IMG/VR virus record: IMGVR_UViG_3300005805_000478 | Coordinates: 1-24,388 of that record | Length of the DNA: 24,388 bases | Direction: 5' to 3' (one strand) | Source: a virus | Lineage: Duplodnaviria > Caudoviricetes | Shown here: one piece after another, positions 8,748 to 17,155 of the stretch | How positions within the stretch are numbered: position 1 is the first letter of the stretch | Layout of the letters: every line of letters begins with the position of its first letter | Position numbers and translations under genes: made by a program | Notes under the pieces: generated by a model | Told to the model about the DNA's origin: nothing | Databases searched by the model: none | The model's input: the letters and a program-made list of their open reading frames with translations, nothing else

Positions 8748-9904
8748 TGACTTTGACGCAAGATGAAGAAAATTTTTATGTAGACCGCTCGCTTACCCCA
8801 ATGCCAGTTCCTCACTTAACTGGTATGAAGTTGCAGGAGGACATATCTCTTAATGGATTTATTTTTAACAGAGTAGATGAGTATGGAGTTGTTTGGGTTA
8901 TTACTAACATTTCAGGTTGGTGGGTTCATCCATCAGCAGAGACTCCCGACATCAAGCGCGGCTGGGGCGATGGCTCTTACGATGTCAAAGGTCGCTATAA
9001 CGCAAGAGAAATAACTTTAGAAGGTGTAATTCTTACTCCAGACCCATCTTTACTAGCAGCAGCAAGAGGTAGACTTATCGCGGCTACTAATCTTGTTTAT
9101 TCAGGAGGTTGGTTAAAAACAAATGAAAACCCAACTAAGGCATCTTATGTACGACTTAGCGGTGATGTCGAAATGGAAACCGTCAATGCTCGCGGTAGAA
9201 CTGAGTTTTCCATTGGTCTTCGCGCTGCTGACCCAATAAAGTACGAATGGAATGATTTAGACCCTGATGGCTACTTTAGTCAAGAAATTCTTGTAAAGTC
9301 AACAAGTCCATCTCGTACTGGAAAAGCAACCATAACAAATAATGGTAACTACGGAGTGAGCACATACATTTCTGTAGTTGGTCCTCTTGTTGGTCCTTCT
9401 TACATTGAAAATGAAACAAATCAAGAGTTTATTACCATTACTGGAACTCTTAGAGCAATCACAAATAAAACTATCAATGGAAGAGGGCTCACAGACGGAT
9501 TAGCCACAATTGGAACTACTGCGGCACATGGATTAGTTGCTGGTGACTTAGTTGTTATTAGTGGTCTTGGTGCTCCATATGATGGAAACCAAATTGTTGC
9601 TAGTGTTATTGGAACAGAGGCAACTTCTACTCAGTTCACCTTTGAAGTTTCTGGAAGTAATGTTACTTATGGCTCTGCTAGCGGCTCTTTAACTTATGGA
9701 CCAGATGAATTAGAAATTGACACTTATAACAGAGTTGTCTATCTAAATGGTCAGTATTATGGAGCAAGAACAAAACTAGAGGTTTATAACGACTGGGTAA
9801 CCTTGTCACCTGGAGCAAACGTAATTTCCTTCTATGACGAAGGAGCACCGTCTGGTTCAGCAGCAAAAATTACAGTTGAGTACAGGTCTGGTTGGCTCGG
9901 ATAA
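8747..9904 (+). CDS. Distal tail protein (Dit) with inserted AHG beta-domain
   Basis: TAATG overlap with the TMP. Dit motifs G..W...GW, DG......R.ITLEG, L.A.DP.KY, N.GN, LEIDT..R.V.LNG, W..L.PG.N.I and terminal YRSGW. Confidence 0.8.
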   Translation: MTLTQDEENFYVDRSLTPMPVPHLTGMKLQEDISLNGFIFNRVDEYGVVWVITNISGWWVHPSAETPDIKRGWGDGSYDVKGRYNAREITLEGVILTPDPSLLAAARGRLIAATNLVYSGGWLKTNENPTKASYVRLSGDVEMETVNARGRTEFSIGLRAADPIKYEWNDLDPDGYFSQEILVKSTSPSRTGKATITNNGNYGVSTYISVVGPLVGPSYIENETNQEFITITGTLRAITNKTINGRGLTDGLATIGTTAAHGLVAGDLVVISGLGAPYDGNQIVASVIGTEATSTQFTFEVSGSNVTYGSASGSLTYGPDELEIDTYNRVVYLNGQYYGARTKLEVYNDWVTLSPGANVISFYDEGAPSGSAAKITVEYRSGWLG

Positions 9905-9927
9905 TTTTTACAAAGGAAAAATGACAA

Positions 9928-12345
9928 ATGGCGACGAATGAAATTACACCAGCAGAGTATAGATACTATGTTGCTGACCTTTTAACAAACAATGTTATTG
10001 GTGAAATTCCTTTTACTGGTGTTAGTTTTGAACGTGCTTTGAGTAGGGCTGGCTCTTTCTCTGGAGAGATTCCAGTAATTGAAGCAACAGCGCCATTGAA
10101 TTTGTATGAGAGCACCATGCCAGGAAAGACTGCCTTGTATGTACTAAGAAATGGCGTTTGTGTTTGGGGTGGAATTATTTGGTCTCGCTCTTACAATCCG
10201 ATGAACAAAACTCTTCAAATAGATGGTCAAGAGTTTATTAGTTATCTTTATCATCGTGCTGTATGGCAGACCCTTTACTATGGCTCAGAGGGAGTTTATT
10301 GTTCTAGATACCAAGCAGGCAGTGGAACAGCAACAGTATTTACAGATGTTGCCCACGGCTTTGAGACAGGCGATAAAGTAAAAATAAACAGCCTAAATTC
10401 TGCTTTGAACGGAATTCATACAATCACAGCAACACCATCATTAGCAAGTTTTACTTTTGCTAGTGTGGCAAGCCTTGCTGCTTCTAACTCAAGCACTGGA
10501 ATAGCCAGAACCATTGTTGATTCTTACGATGTAACTAGAGATATTCTCGGCTGGTTGTCTGATGATTTTGGTGATAATCAATTTGTTAATGACGAGATAA
10601 AGCCAGCATCAGAATTAGAGTTTGGTGTAACAAACAAAGTTATGACTGCTGGAGTAGCAACCCTTACTACGGCGCTACCGCATGACTTTATTGAGGGACA
10701 ACTTCTTCAAATTGTTGATGTTGATGCCGCAATAGATGGCTACAGAACCATAACAGCAATTCCTACTTCTACAACTTTTACATTTACTGTTGCTGGAAGT
10801 TCTGCTAGCGTTTCATCAGCGGCTACCTCTGCTCTTGCTACCCGCAGCGTTACTTCAAAATCTATTCAAACTACCAGTCTTACAGTAACAAATAAGTTGG
10901 CCACCAATAACATAGTCACTCTTACATCATCTGCGGCACATGGGCTACTGCCTGGAGATGAGGTCAGCATTTCAAATGTAGACAGTAATCTGAATGGAAC
11001 TTTTACAGTTGCTACAACCCCTACTTCTACTACTTTTACATACGCAAAAACAGTAGCAAACAACATACCTTCAACAGTAGTAACTGGTGGTGTTGCTGCT
11101 TATAAGAGTGCTGTTTTAGTTACAGGAACATCTCACGGGCTTTCTGCTGGAAACAGTGTAGTTGTTGAGATAAATGATGCTGCTTACGATGGAACACATT
11201 TGGTGTCAAGAGTAGATAACTCAACCACCTTTAGATACAACTTATTTAGCACCCTCAACGCTGAGGCTGAAGGAGTTTTTGGCGGTGTAATCAAGAGTGG
11301 AGCAAGGGCAGTTGCTGGAACATTTGGTTCATTCTCTTCTAACTCAGATGTTGGAATTGACTCTACTGTTGACGTCAGCGGTAAGTACATTGGAACAACT
11401 CAACAGATATTCCGTGGCTCTGACCTACGATACTTTGGAGAAATTCTTGAAGAGTTTTCCAAAGACCTTAATGGCTTTGAGTATCGCATTGATTGCGACT
11501 TTCAAAATGATGAATTTACTCGTACATTTAGATTTGTACCGTTCTTTGACCCGCCAACAAAAATTGCTGTTACTAACAAAGAACTTTCTTCCAATATAGC
11601 CACGCTAACTACCGAAGTTGCTCATGGTCTTGAGGTCGGAGAAGAGGTTGTAGTTACAGATGTTGGTAATTATTTTGACGGAACTCAAACTGTAGTTAGT
11701 GTTCCTAGTTCAACAACATTTACGTTCAAGTCCTACAATCTAAATGTTCCTTCTACTGCTGTCTCTGGATATATTGGCGTAGTTCATCCAATTAGTTATC
11801 TTGGGGCTGACCAGTATGTATTTGAGTATCCAGGAAATGTTTTAGATTTCAAACTTGATGAAAGCGCTGAAGACTCTGCTACTCGTATGTGGGTTGGCGG
11901 AAATAATGATGGATTGAGCGGAGATGCTTCAAACCCATATGCTGCTGCTTCTGCCACTGATTTGTTAGGTGCTGGATGGCCAGTTCTTGACCAAATAGAA
12001 GAACAAAAAGACTCTCAAACTGTTGCGCTTGGTGAAGAAGCATTGTATGAATACGCAGAAGAGTATTTAGCAGAGGCTCGTCCACCAGACTTGACATTTA
12101 GAATTTCTGTAAATGGTTCACTCAATCCTGTTGTTGGAGATTATCTTCCAGGAGATTGGTGCTCAATCATTCTTGACGATGAGTTTGTTCGTCTTCGTCT
12201 TGGCAATGATTTAGAGCCAAGAGGTGACATTATTGTTCGTAAAATAGTTGGATACAAAGTAAGTGTTCCAGACGTTCCTACCTTTCCAGAAAAGGTAGAT
12301 TTAGAACTTATTAGTGAATGGAAGGAGGATAGACGCAATGCCTAG
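9928..12345 (+). CDS. Baseplate hub / Tal-like minor tail protein with five AHG beta-domain insertions
   Basis: Follows Dit. Actinophage hub motifs (DLLT...GEIP, LS.AG.F.G, V.RNG..VWGG.IW, FEYPGNV, GWP.LD, Y.PGDW). Confidence 0.8.
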   Translation: MATNEITPAEYRYYVADLLTNNVIGEIPFTGVSFERALSRAGSFSGEIPVIEATAPLNLYESTMPGKTALYVLRNGVCVWGGIIWSRSYNPMNKTLQIDGQEFISYLYHRAVWQTLYYGSEGVYCSRYQAGSGTATVFTDVAHGFETGDKVKINSLNSALNGIHTITATPSLASFTFASVASLAASNSSTGIARTIVDSYDVTRDILGWLSDDFGDNQFVNDEIKPASELEFGVTNKVMTAGVATLTTALPHDFIEGQLLQIVDVDAAIDGYRTITAIPTSTTFTFTVAGSSASVSSAATSALATRSVTSKSIQTTSLTVTNKLATNNIVTLTSSAAHGLLPGDEVSISNVDSNLNGTFTVATTPTSTTFTYAKTVANNIPSTVVTGGVAAYKSAVLVTGTSHGLSAGNSVVVEINDAAYDGTHLVSRVDNSTTFRYNLFSTLNAEAEGVFGGVIKSGARAVAGTFGSFSSNSDVGIDSTVDVSGKYIGTTQQIFRGSDLRYFGEILEEFSKDLNGFEYRIDCDFQNDEFTRTFRFVPFFDPPTKIAVTNKELSSNIATLTTEVAHGLEVGEEVVVTDVGNYFDGTQTVVSVPSSTTFTFKSYNLNVPSTAVSGYIGVVHPISYLGADQYVFEYPGNVLDFKLDESAEDSATRMWVGGNNDGLSGDASNPYAAASATDLLGAGWPVLDQIEEQKDSQTVALGEEALYEYAEEYLAEARPPDLTFRISVNGSLNPVVGDYLPGDWCSIILDDEFVRLRLGNDLEPRGDIIVRKIVGYKVSVPDVPTFPEKVDLELISEWKEDRRNA

Positions 12346-13477
12346 TAGACGCCGTCGTAGAAGTAAAAATCTAGGAACAAATCTTGCTGAAGTCCAGCGC
12401 CGCCTTCGCTATCTTGAGCGTCGTCCTGTCCGCACAAAACTACAACGTAATGTAGTTACAACTGCTGCTATTGCTGTCAACGCTGTAACCCCTGACGAAG
12501 TTTCATTTGGTACAACTGTAATTACCGATGCGCCAACCTCAAGCATTGAAAATCCTAAAGATGGTCTTTTAGTAATCAATGAAACAGCAGGAACTACTTC
12601 TGTTTACTCAGAGTCCCAGGACACCTACATACAACTTCCAGCAGTAGATGATGATGCTAGAAGCGTAGCAAACGGTAAAAATACTATTTACTACCAAAAT
12701 AGCGCTCCTTCTGGTGGAACCTATGCAGTTGATGACACTTGGTTTGATGTTGATGATGGCTACAAAATGTATACCTGGACAGGCACGACTTGGTCTGGAT
12801 TTCAATTAGGAAACAGTGCAATAGCAAGTATTTCTGCGACAAAAATTACAGCGGGCTCTCTTGCTGCTGGCGTTATTGTGACATCAAATTTGAGTGCTGG
12901 TCAGATAACAACTGGAAATCTTGATGCCGCTCGTATTGCTACAACAGCCCTTAACGCAAACAACATTACTGCTGGAACTATTTCTGGTATCACTATCAAA
13001 ACTTCTGGAAGTGGTCGAAGGATTGAAATAACAAATGAAGATGACTTAATCTTTTATGATGCCGACTCTAGAGTTGGAACTATAACTCCGATTGCCGAAA
13101 ACTGGGACCCAGGCGAAGATGGAACTATTATTATTAATGATGGAATTATGGTTTATGGAGGACCTGATGCCGTATCTCAAGGTGGGCAGAAGTTTCCATC
13201 AATTGTTGCTACTGATACAGGTATTTCTATTTTTGGTAGTAACTTAAATTACATGGAATTTGATTCTAACTCTACAAGAACTTATGGACCTTTTTCCTTA
13301 AATCAAGCCGATATTATTTCTTTATCATCTTTTTGGAATAATGGAGATTACTATGTAGAAATACAAGGACCTCTTGTTTTAGGTGTTGAAGATAGCGAAG
13401 GACCGCTTTCTGAAGGTTCTGGCCAGCCACCAGGAAATGGTCATACATACGGGCAGATAGTGTTTAGGTATACATAA
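12338..13477 (+). CDS. Trimeric tail fibre / spike (start moved to ATG 12338)
   Basis: SD AAGGAGG at 12322-12328 fits ATG 12338. N-terminal coiled coil (LAEVQRRLRYLERR), knob motif (IYYQNSAP...TWFD...MYTWTGTTW) and 5-residue beta-helix repeats (ISATKITAGSL, LSAGQITTGNL, LNANNITAGTI). Confidence 0.75.
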   Translation: MPSRRRRRSKNLGTNLAEVQRRLRYLERRPVRTKLQRNVVTTAAIAVNAVTPDEVSFGTTVITDAPTSSIENPKDGLLVINETAGTTSVYSESQDTYIQLPAVDDDARSVANGKNTIYYQNSAPSGGTYAVDDTWFDVDDGYKMYTWTGTTWSGFQLGNSAIASISATKITAGSLAAGVIVTSNLSAGQITTGNLDAARIATTALNANNITAGTISGITIKTSGSGRRIEITNEDDLIFYDADSRVGTITPIAENWDPGEDGTIIINDGIMVYGGPDAVSQGGQKFPSIVATDTGISIFGSNLNYMEFDSNSTRTYGPFSLNQADIISLSSFWNNGDYYVEIQGPLVLGVEDSEGPLSEGSGQPPGNGHTYGQIVFRYT

Positions 13478-13478
13478 A

Positions 13479-16400
13479 ATGCCAATGTATTGGTGGAACA
13501 ACAGCCAGTGGCGTTTATTGAACAGTGCATGGTGGTGGAATAACACTCAATGGGTTCAAATAAAAAACGGTTATATGTGGGATGGAGGCCAGTGGCGTCC
13601 ATTTTTTAGTTCTGGAACTTTTGCACCAGAAATCAGAGATGTTTCTGGAAACATAATATTTACTAGGGCAGTTAATAATATTCTTTATGGTTATAGAGGC
13701 TCTAATACTGCTGCGACTTATTCATATGCTTGGCAATATGCTCAAGGGGAAAATTACTTCAATAACTGGACTAACCAAACTGGGACGGGGGCAACTGGAA
13801 CTTTAACTGGAAGCACTCTTACAGCAACTTATCAAACATCAACTACAGATGTTACTAGGTTAGAAAGTGCACTTAATAACTATCTTTTATATATGCGTTT
13901 TAGAGTTACTAGAAGCGGTGAGACTCAAGATAGTAACACTGTAAGAATACATAAAAGAGTTGCTTTTCAAACAGTACAAACTAACACAGGATTTAGATTC
14001 TTTGACTCAGGCGCAACTTCATATGCTTGGAGTACAAGCAATCCATATAGTGGAGACACGCTTACATTCTGGGGCTCAAGCGACTGGTCTAACACTTCTG
14101 AAATAACTAATGACAGACGTCCAGATTATTACATTTTTACATACACTATTGATGGAGAAATAACTGTAAAAGACTCTCGTATAACAGACCCTAGCAACCC
14201 AAGAACTCCAACAAACGCTTCTCGTTTTCAAGTTCCTTTTAGTAGTTCGTATCTTGGAAAGCCAGTCTTCTACGAAATTGAAGCGCATACAAGTAGTCCA
14301 TCCTCTCCAACAATAGCAAGCGGTCAAACTAGAAATGTTAGTGATGGAAGTCTTCAAGCACCGACCAACCTACTTCTTCAGTATAACTACTTTTTATATC
14401 CAAATAAGTTATACATGACCTGGGACCCCTCTGACGGAGGAAACAACAACACTCTTACCTACACTTGGCGTTTATACCGTAATGGAAGTTTTTTAATTTC
14501 TGGAAATGTTACTGGTGGCGTTGGAACAGGTCTTTTTGGGCTGTATCCAAGCAGTGGTGCTTTAGCAACTAGTGGAACTTACAAATTTGAAGTTAGGGCT
14601 GCTCAAAGTGGACAAACAACTGTTACTTCTGACTTTTCAAACGAAGTTATTATTGAAGCACCTGCCGCTTTTACATACAGAATTGATAACAGAACAACTA
14701 CTGATGGAGCACCTGGAGATTTTACAATTTCTGCTTTTGCACAAAACACTTCTGTAGCAAATCGTGTAGAAATTGATTGGACAGACTCGACTAATGCTAG
14801 TGAATATATAAGCGAGTGGTTAAGACCTAATGGGTTTAACTCTTCATTTACAACAACAGCATCAAATGATTATTGGGTGTATAGCGAAAGTGGTACTTAT
14901 ACTTCAAGAATAACAGCAAGAAATACCAGAATTCAATATTTACGAATATCGTGGACTAAACCAGCAGGAACATCTGCTTTAAGTTATAGAATTGTTTATA
15001 ATAGACGCGTTGAGTCAACATTTTTAACAGCAACAGTTGACGTTGGTGACGTTACTTTTTATGATTTTACATATGCAAATGACCTTTCAACAACTCCTTC
15101 AGTTTCTATCCTCAGCATTACGGCATATTCAACAGATACTGCTGGAGAAGGTTTGGCTAGAAGTGGAACAAGTGATGGCAACAGCAGTTTAACTTCTGGA
15201 AGTCTTCAACAGGTTGGAACTCGTCAAAAACAAAGAAGTGAATTTCTTACATACATAGTTCCTTCTGTCGGTACTGTAACTATTAGTGGAGAAGCAGAGC
15301 CAGGACAAACTTTAGAGTTTAATTACACGGGTACTTGGAATCCTCCTTTTTCCGATTTAGGATGGAATTTTAGTAGAACATGGGGAATAACTCGTGATGC
15401 TACTAATCAACCACCAACATACACAAGAGGAACTGCTCTTACTGTTACTCCTCTTGTTGGTGATATTGGTGAGTATATATTAATTAGAATTGTTGCATCT
15501 TACAAAGACAGTGCTTCACAAACGATACAAGATGAGTCAGAAAGAATTGTTCCTGGTCAACCTGCTTTTCAAGTAGCAAACAACGGTAACTCGACATTTA
15601 CTGTTTCAAGTGTTGATTCTGCTGGTGCTGGTTTTTATTATGGTTCATATACGGGTGGTCTAATTTCTGAAAGAACTATTTCTTCAAGTTTTACTTCTCC
15701 ATCAATAAGTGAAGGAAGTAAAACAGTAACAATTTTTGGTAGAGCAAAAAAAGTTTTTGATGGTATTCAAGAATTAATAGATGGTAGAAGGTCAAGAAGT
15801 TCTACTGTAAATGTTACAGATTTAGGTGCGTTTATTTATCAAATTGCTGATACTACTCCTACTCCTAGCCAACCAAATTCTTACAGCCTTACTTGGGATT
15901 CTGGTACAACTACACCTGTTAGATATGACTGGAATGACACAAGCAACACTACTTCTTGGTTTAGCAGCATTAGTGGTGGACCTGAAGGCGCTAGAAGCAA
16001 TGAACGTCCTGTTTCAAATGATTTTTGGACAACAACCTCTGGTAATAGTTACACTGCTCAAGTTTATGGAAGAAATATAAATGGTCGTGTAACTGTAAGT
16101 TGGGGAGCATCCACTGGAGCAAATTCATACAGAATTAATTACACTATAGGCTCAACCACAAATACAGTACTTGTTAGTGGTTCAACTACTTCTTATGATT
16201 TTGCAGTAAGTGCATCATCTACTTCTCAAGGGCAAGTAGGTCAGACTTTTACAATAAACAGTGTTACTTCATACTCAACTAGTGATGGAACTGGTGGTGG
16301 AAGGACTGGAAGCCGTTCTGGTGTATCAAGCATTGTTCCAGCAGAAAAACTTGGTACTTCAAGATTTGCTAGTGGCACTGCTCCAACTCTTCCAATACCA

Positions 16401-16673
16401 GCAGTTCCAACTCCATTTTGGAACTATAACGGAGTTTCTGGTTCAACATATTTGTTTGGTGGTGGGTGGAATTCTGTAGCAAACGCAACTTCATATGATT
16501 ATCAAATTCAATACGCAACTTCAAGTACTGGAACAAACACTAACACTGTTTCAGGAAGTCAGTCTGGAACGTCATTAAGCGGTTCTTCTACAAAAGCCTG
16601 GTCAAGAATGCGTGTAAGGTCGGTCGGTCCTGGTGGAACTTCTTCATATAGTGCTTACACGGCGTGGGTATAA
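13479..16673 (+). CDS. Large Ig/fibronectin-III repeat adhesin (putative receptor-binding protein)
   Basis: 1064 aa, S/T/G-rich. Repeated Fn3 patterns (P.NL...TW...Y...Y.F.V.A; SW.ASTGA.SYRI.Y; WNSVANATSYD.Q..RVRSVGPGG.S.YS), actinobacterial Ig repeats (ISG....GQTL....GTW) and a Trp-rich triple repeat at the N-terminus. Confidence 0.8.
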   Translation: MPMYWWNNSQWRLLNSAWWWNNTQWVQIKNGYMWDGGQWRPFFSSGTFAPEIRDVSGNIIFTRAVNNILYGYRGSNTAATYSYAWQYAQGENYFNNWTNQTGTGATGTLTGSTLTATYQTSTTDVTRLESALNNYLLYMRFRVTRSGETQDSNTVRIHKRVAFQTVQTNTGFRFFDSGATSYAWSTSNPYSGDTLTFWGSSDWSNTSEITNDRRPDYYIFTYTIDGEITVKDSRITDPSNPRTPTNASRFQVPFSSSYLGKPVFYEIEAHTSSPSSPTIASGQTRNVSDGSLQAPTNLLLQYNYFLYPNKLYMTWDPSDGGNNNTLTYTWRLYRNGSFLISGNVTGGVGTGLFGLYPSSGALATSGTYKFEVRAAQSGQTTVTSDFSNEVIIEAPAAFTYRIDNRTTTDGAPGDFTISAFAQNTSVANRVEIDWTDSTNASEYISEWLRPNGFNSSFTTTASNDYWVYSESGTYTSRITARNTRIQYLRISWTKPAGTSALSYRIVYNRRVESTFLTATVDVGDVTFYDFTYANDLSTTPSVSILSITAYSTDTAGEGLARSGTSDGNSSLTSGSLQQVGTRQKQRSEFLTYIVPSVGTVTISGEAEPGQTLEFNYTGTWNPPFSDLGWNFSRTWGITRDATNQPPTYTRGTALTVTPLVGDIGEYILIRIVASYKDSASQTIQDESERIVPGQPAFQVANNGNSTFTVSSVDSAGAGFYYGSYTGGLISERTISSSFTSPSISEGSKTVTIFGRAKKVFDGIQELIDGRRSRSSTVNVTDLGAFIYQIADTTPTPSQPNSYSLTWDSGTTTPVRYDWNDTSNTTSWFSSISGGPEGARSNERPVSNDFWTTTSGNSYTAQVYGRNINGRVTVSWGASTGANSYRINYTIGSTTNTVLVSGSTTSYDFAVSASSTSQGQVGQTFTINSVTSYSTSDGTGGGRTGSRSGVSSIVPAEKLGTSRFASGTAPTLPIPAVPTPFWNYNGVSGSTYLFGGGWNSVANATSYDYQIQYATSSTGTNTNTVSGSQSGTSLSGSSTKAWSRMRVRSVGPGGTSSYSAYTAWV

Positions 16674-16674
16674 A

Positions 16675-16872
16675 ATGCTAACTAACGAAGAAAAAATAAA
16701 AATTTTAGAAGATAAAGTTAGACTTCTTGACTTTATGATAGAAAACTTATCTTTAGGAATTGCTAATAGTCCAGATGCAGATATTGAAGGAAAAAAACCA
16801 AGGACAGAAGTTTTAGCAAATATGCAATCAGAACGAGAGTTTTACATACAAGCAAAACAAGATTTGGAGTAA
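16675..16872 (+). CDS. Small helical protein (LTNEEK family), start moved to ATG 16675
   Basis: TAAaATG coupling to the adhesin stop. 65-aa helix-loop-helix, similar at the N-terminus to the next ORF. Confidence 0.7.
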   Translation: MLTNEEKIKILEDKVRLLDFMIENLSLGIANSPDADIEGKKPRTEVLANMQSEREFYIQAKQDLE

Positions 16873-16895
16873 TCCAAAGACTATGGCTAGCAAAG

Positions 16896-16904
16896 TGCTA
16901 TCAT
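16896..16904 (+). promoter_or_regulatory. Candidate extended -10 promoter (TG-C-TATCAT)
   Basis: TGCTATCAT in the intergenic gap, followed by SD AAGGAG and ATG 16927. No convincing -35 element. Confidence 0.35.
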
Positions 16905-16926
16905 AGAACCCTAAGAAGGAGAAAAA

Positions 16927-17145
16927 ATGGCAGAGACATATGAATACCTAACAAATGATGACAAAGATGGCATCATTGAAAATCATCTTCGTAATCTTGA
17001 ATATTCTTTATTCAATACAGAGATGTCAATTTTTGCTGCTGAAAGCGTGCCAACCCCTAACACAGAGTTAATTGCGTCTTTGACAAGCGAAAAAAATGAT
17101 GTAAAAGCAAAAATTGTTGCCCTTAAGGCACTACTGAGCGCATAG
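16927..17145 (+). CDS. Small coiled-coil protein (LTNDDK family)
   Basis: Strong SD AAGGAG. Two heptad helices joined by a Pro-rich loop (VPTPN). Confidence 0.75.
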   Translation: MAETYEYLTNDDKDGIIENHLRNLEYSLFNTEMSIFAAESVPTPNTELIASLTSEKNDVKAKIVALKALLSA

Positions 17146-17155
17146 AAAAACTAAT

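Noticed and set aside
12314-12337. ORF-track upstream starts at 12314 (fibre), 16633 (small ORF) and 26 (capsid)
   Set aside because: The SD position or stop-start coupling favours ATG 12338 and ATG 16675. The capsid frame is open from the window edge.
12338-12400. Twin-arginine (Tat) signal peptide
   Set aside because: No hydrophobic h-region follows the Arg run.
13479-16673. Diversity-generating retroelement or invertible segment acting on the adhesin
   Set aside because: No reverse transcriptase or invertase, and no near-identical nucleotide repeat pair noticed. The internal repeats are diverged at the protein level.
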